A model generated the notes under the pieces. The model was not told the DNA's origin and ran no database searches. It saw only the letters and a list, made by a program, of their open reading frames with translations. 64,000 bases of DNA from Mobula hypostoma (taxonomy: Eukaryota). Below, in pieces: positions 60,458 through 64,000 of this stretch (its first letter is position 1; every line of letters starts with the position of its first letter). Made by a program: the position numbers and the translations under genes. The DNA lies in contig NC_086108.1 in NCBI RefSeq assembly GCF_963921235.1, positions 80,292,001 to 80,356,000 on the forward strand, in the 5' to 3' direction.

Positions 60458-61307
60458 CAGACATCCCACCCTGCAAAAACTCATTTCAGGGAGGTAGCAC
60501 CATCAATTTGCAGGAGACTTCTGGGAGAGGTGGGATGTCTGCAATAGAGTAGCCCTTAGCAGCCAGCTAGTTTAAATAATAGTAGCTATGCTAGTGAATG
60601 AATGACACCTGTTAAACTCACCTCAACATGTCTTTTACAGTTTTAACCCACCATGGGCAATAGAAAAGTCACTGTTGCAAACAGTGCAGCGAGCAACACT
60701 GTCATTATTTTTGACCCCTATTAGGCAGGGGTACACTTTAGTGTAGTCTGGGGTGACGTACGTTTTATATTCTTTTTGGAACACTCTGCCACTCTGACTT
60801 TTTTGGAACTCTCTCGCTCTTGCTCTTGTTCTCTCTCTATCGTGCGCGCGCGCGCGCTCTCTCGCTCGTGGTCACTCTCACTCGCGTTTGCTTTCTCTCT
60901 CGCTCTCGCGCTCTCTCTCTCACGCTTGCTTTCTCGCTCTCACTCTCTCTCGCGCTTGCTTTCTTGCTGCCTGTCTCGCGCGCGCGCTCTCTCGCTCTCA
61001 CTCGCGCACACTCTCTCGCGCTTGCTTTCTTGCTCTTGCTCGCGCGCTCTCTCGCTCTCGTGGTCGCTCTCTCTCGCGCTTGCTTTCTTGCTCTTGCTCT
61101 CGCTCTCTCTCGCGCGCGCGCTCTCTCGCTCTAGTGGTCGCTCTCACTCGCGCACACTCTCTCGCGCTTGCTTTCTTGCTCTTGCTCTTGCTCTCTCACT
61201 CTCTCTCACACGTTCTCTCATGCTCACTCTCAAAAAAATCAATTTCCAGGACATTGTATATAATTTGCGGGAGACTCCCGGAACTTCTGGGAGAGGTGGG
61301 ATGTCTG
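60458..61307. mobile_element. Non-autonomous TIR DNA element (hAT-like termini, apparent 6-bp TSD)
   Basis: Perfect 13-bp TIR cagacatcccacc / ggtgggatgtctg; TSD ctgttg at 60452-60457 and 61308-61313; internal TIR copy at 60529-60541. Confidence 0.8.
60808..61230. repeat. CpG-rich low-complexity tract, (CT)n/(CG)n/CTTGCT mosaic
   Basis: Recurrent unit ctctctcgcgcttgctttcttgct and (CG)n runs. Confidence 0.9.
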
Positions 61308-61506
61308 CTGTTGTCCTGAGATGCAAGGGTGTCAAAGATGTCTGTTGAAAATAGACAATCATAGTTCAAAGTAACTTTATTATCCAAGTACTTATATATC
61401 AACATATACTACCCCAAAATTCAGTTTCTTGCAGGCTTTCACAGCAGATGCAAAGAAACACAAATGAATCAATGAAAAACTACACACATAGATAGTCAAA
61501 CAACTA

Positions 61507-64000
61507 ATAGAAACATAGAAACATAGAAACATAGAAAATAGGTGCAGGAGTAGGCCATTCGGCCCTTCGAGCCTGCACCGCCATTTATTATGATCATGGC
61601 TGATCATCCAACTCAGAACCCAGCCTTCCCTCCATACCCCCTGACCCCTGTAGCCACAAGGGCCATATCTAACTTCCTTTTAAACATAGCTAATGAACTG
61701 GCCTCAACAGTTTGCTGTGGCAGAGAATTCCACAGATTCACCACTCTCTGTGTGAAGAAGTTTTTCCTAACCTCGGTCCTAAAAGGCTTCCCCTCTATCC
61801 TCAAACTGTGACCCCTCGTTCTAGACCTCCCCAACATCGGGAACAATCTTCCCGCATCTAGCCTGTCCAATCCCTTTAGGATCTTATACGTTTCAATCAG
61901 ATCCCCCCTCAATCTTCTAAATTCCAACGAGTACAAGCCCAGTTCATCCAGTCTTTCTTCATATGAAAGACCTGCCATCCCAGGAATCAATCTGGTGAAC
62001 CTTCTTTGTACTCCCTCTATGGCAAAGATGTCTTTCCTCAGATTAGGGGACCAAAACTGCACACAATACTCCAGGTGTGGTCTCACCAAGGCCTTGTACA
62101 ACTGCAGTAGTACCTCCCTGCTCCTGTACTTGAATCCTCTCGCTATAAATGCCAGCATACCGTTCGCCTTTTTCACCGCCTGCTGTACCTGCATGCCCAC
62201 TTTCAATGACTGGTGTATAATGACACCCAGGTCTCGTTGCACCTCCCCTTTTCCTAATCGGCCACCATTCAGATAATAATCTGTTTTCCTATTTTTGCCA
62301 CCAAAGTGGATAACTTCACATTTATCCACATTAAATTGCATCTGCCATGAGTTTGCCCACTCACCCAACCTATCCAAGTCACCCTGCATCCTCTTAGCAT
62401 CCTCCTCACTGCTAACACTGCCACCCAGCTTCGTGTCATCCGCAAACTTGGAGATGCTGCATTTAATTCCCTCATCCAAGTCATTAATATATATTGTAAA
62501 CAACTGGGGTCCCAGCACTGAGCCTTGCGGTACCCCACTAGTCACCGCCTGCCATTCTGAAAAGGTCCCGTTTATTCCCACTCTTTGCTTCCTGTCTGCT
62601 AACCAATTCTCCACCCACACCAATACCTTACCCCCAATACCGTGTGCTTTAAGTTTGCACACTAATCTCCTGTGTGGGACCTTGTCAAAAGCCTTTTGAA
62701 AATCCAAATATACCACATCCACTGGTTCTCCCCTATCCACTCTACTAGTTACATCCTCAAAAAATTCTATGAGATTCGTCAGACATGATTTTCCTTTCAC
62801 AAATCCATGCTGACTTTGTCCGATGATTTCACCACTTTCCAAATGTGCTGTTATCACATCCTTGATAACTGACTCCAGCAGTTTCCCCACCACCGACGTT
62901 AGGCTAACTGGCCTATAATTCCCCGGTTTCTCTCTCCCTCCTTTTTTAAAAAGTGGGGTTACATTAGCCACCCTCCAATCCTCAGGAACTAGTCCAGAAT
63001 CTAACGAGTTTTTGAAAAATTATCACTAATGCGTCCACTATTTCTTGGGCCACTTCCTTAAGCACTCTGGGATGCAGACCATCTGGCCCTGGGGATTTAT
63101 CTGCCTTCAATCCCTTCAATTTACCTAACACCACTTCCCTACTAACATGTATTTCGCTCAGTTCCTCCATCTCACTGGACCCTCTGTCCCTTACTATTTC
63201 TGGAAGATTATTTATGTCCTCCTTAGTGAAGACAGAACCAAAGTAATTATTCAATTGGTCTGCCATGTCCTTGCTCCCCATAATCAATTCACCTGTTTCT
63301 GTTTGCAGGGGACCTACATTTGTCTTTATCAGTCTTTTCCTTTTTACATATCTATAAAAGCTTTTACAGTCCGTTTTTATGTTCTCTGCCAGTTTTCTCT
63401 CATAATCTTTTTTCCCCTTCCTAATTAAGCCCTTTGTCCTCCTCTGCTGAACTCTGAATTTCTCCCAGTCCTCAGGTGAGCCACTTTCTCTGGCTAATTT
63501 GTATGCTACTTCTTTGGAATTGATACTATCCCTAATTTCTCTTGTCAGCCACGGGTGCACTACCTTCCTTGATTTATTCTTTTGCCAAACTGGGATGAAC
63601 AATTGTTGTAGTTCATCCATGCAACCTTTAAATGCCTGCCATTGCATATCCACCGTCAATCCTTGAAGTGTCATTTGCCAGTCTATCTTAGCTAATTCAC
63701 GTCTCATACCTTCAAAGTTACCCCTCTTTAAGTTCAGAACCTTTGTTTCTGAATTAACTACGTCACTCTCCATGTTAATGAAGAATTCCACCATATTATG
63801 GTCACTCTTACCCAAGGGGCCTCTCACGACAAGATCGCTAATTAACCCTTCCTCATTGCTCAAAACCCAGTCCAGAATAGCCTGCTCTCTAGTCGGTTCC
63901 TCGACATGTTGGTTCAAAAAACCATCCCGCATACATTCCAAGAAATCCTCTTCCTCAGCACCTTTACCAATTTGGTTCACCCAGTCTACATGTAGATTGA
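61507..64000 (-). mobile_element. Young CR1 LINE ORF2 with one +1 frameshift near 63018; runs off the window end
   Basis: ORFs 62982-63980 and 61613-62971 carry intact GVPQGSVLGP and FADD, with a (TTTCTATG)n tail. Near-identical to 22553-25416. Confidence 0.97.

Noticed and set aside
60776..61348. Ser/Arg/Leu/Ala-rich ORFs resembling SR proteins
   Set aside because: They are translations of a stop-free low-complexity tract that is open in all three plus frames.
1..64000. CRISPR arrays, operons, rRNA, true tRNA genes, LTR or endogenous viral ORFs
   Set aside because: None seen. The tRNA-like boxes belong to SINE heads and all RT motifs are non-LTR type.

Overview
Vertebrate nuclear DNA, most likely elasmobranch (shark or ray). 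This is inferred from CR1/HER1-type LINEs with (TTTCTATG)n tails, HE1/V-SINE-like SINEs and abundant Penelope remnants. No host protein-coding gene is recognisable: every long ORF is retroelement ORF1/ORF2, a GIY-YIG endonuclease, a transposase or an antisense shadow of one of these. The window is an intronic or intergenic patchwork of nested CR1, Rex1, Penelope, RTE-SINE, Tc1/mariner and hAT-like elements separated by AT-rich unique DNA. The most notable observations are: (1) very short TSD-flanked Penelope-derived insertions carrying a minimal hammerhead ribozyme; (2) a Rex1-type LINE with twin-priming-like 5' inversion geometry; (3) three unrelated DNA-transposon families sharing a three-TIR layout; (4) an orphan pre-miRNA-like hairpin at 5013-5066; (5) two young, near-identical CR1 copies with complementary frameshifts; (6) several unassigned exon-like segments. 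Family names come from motif recognition only and no database search was run. Boundaries of degraded elements are approximate.
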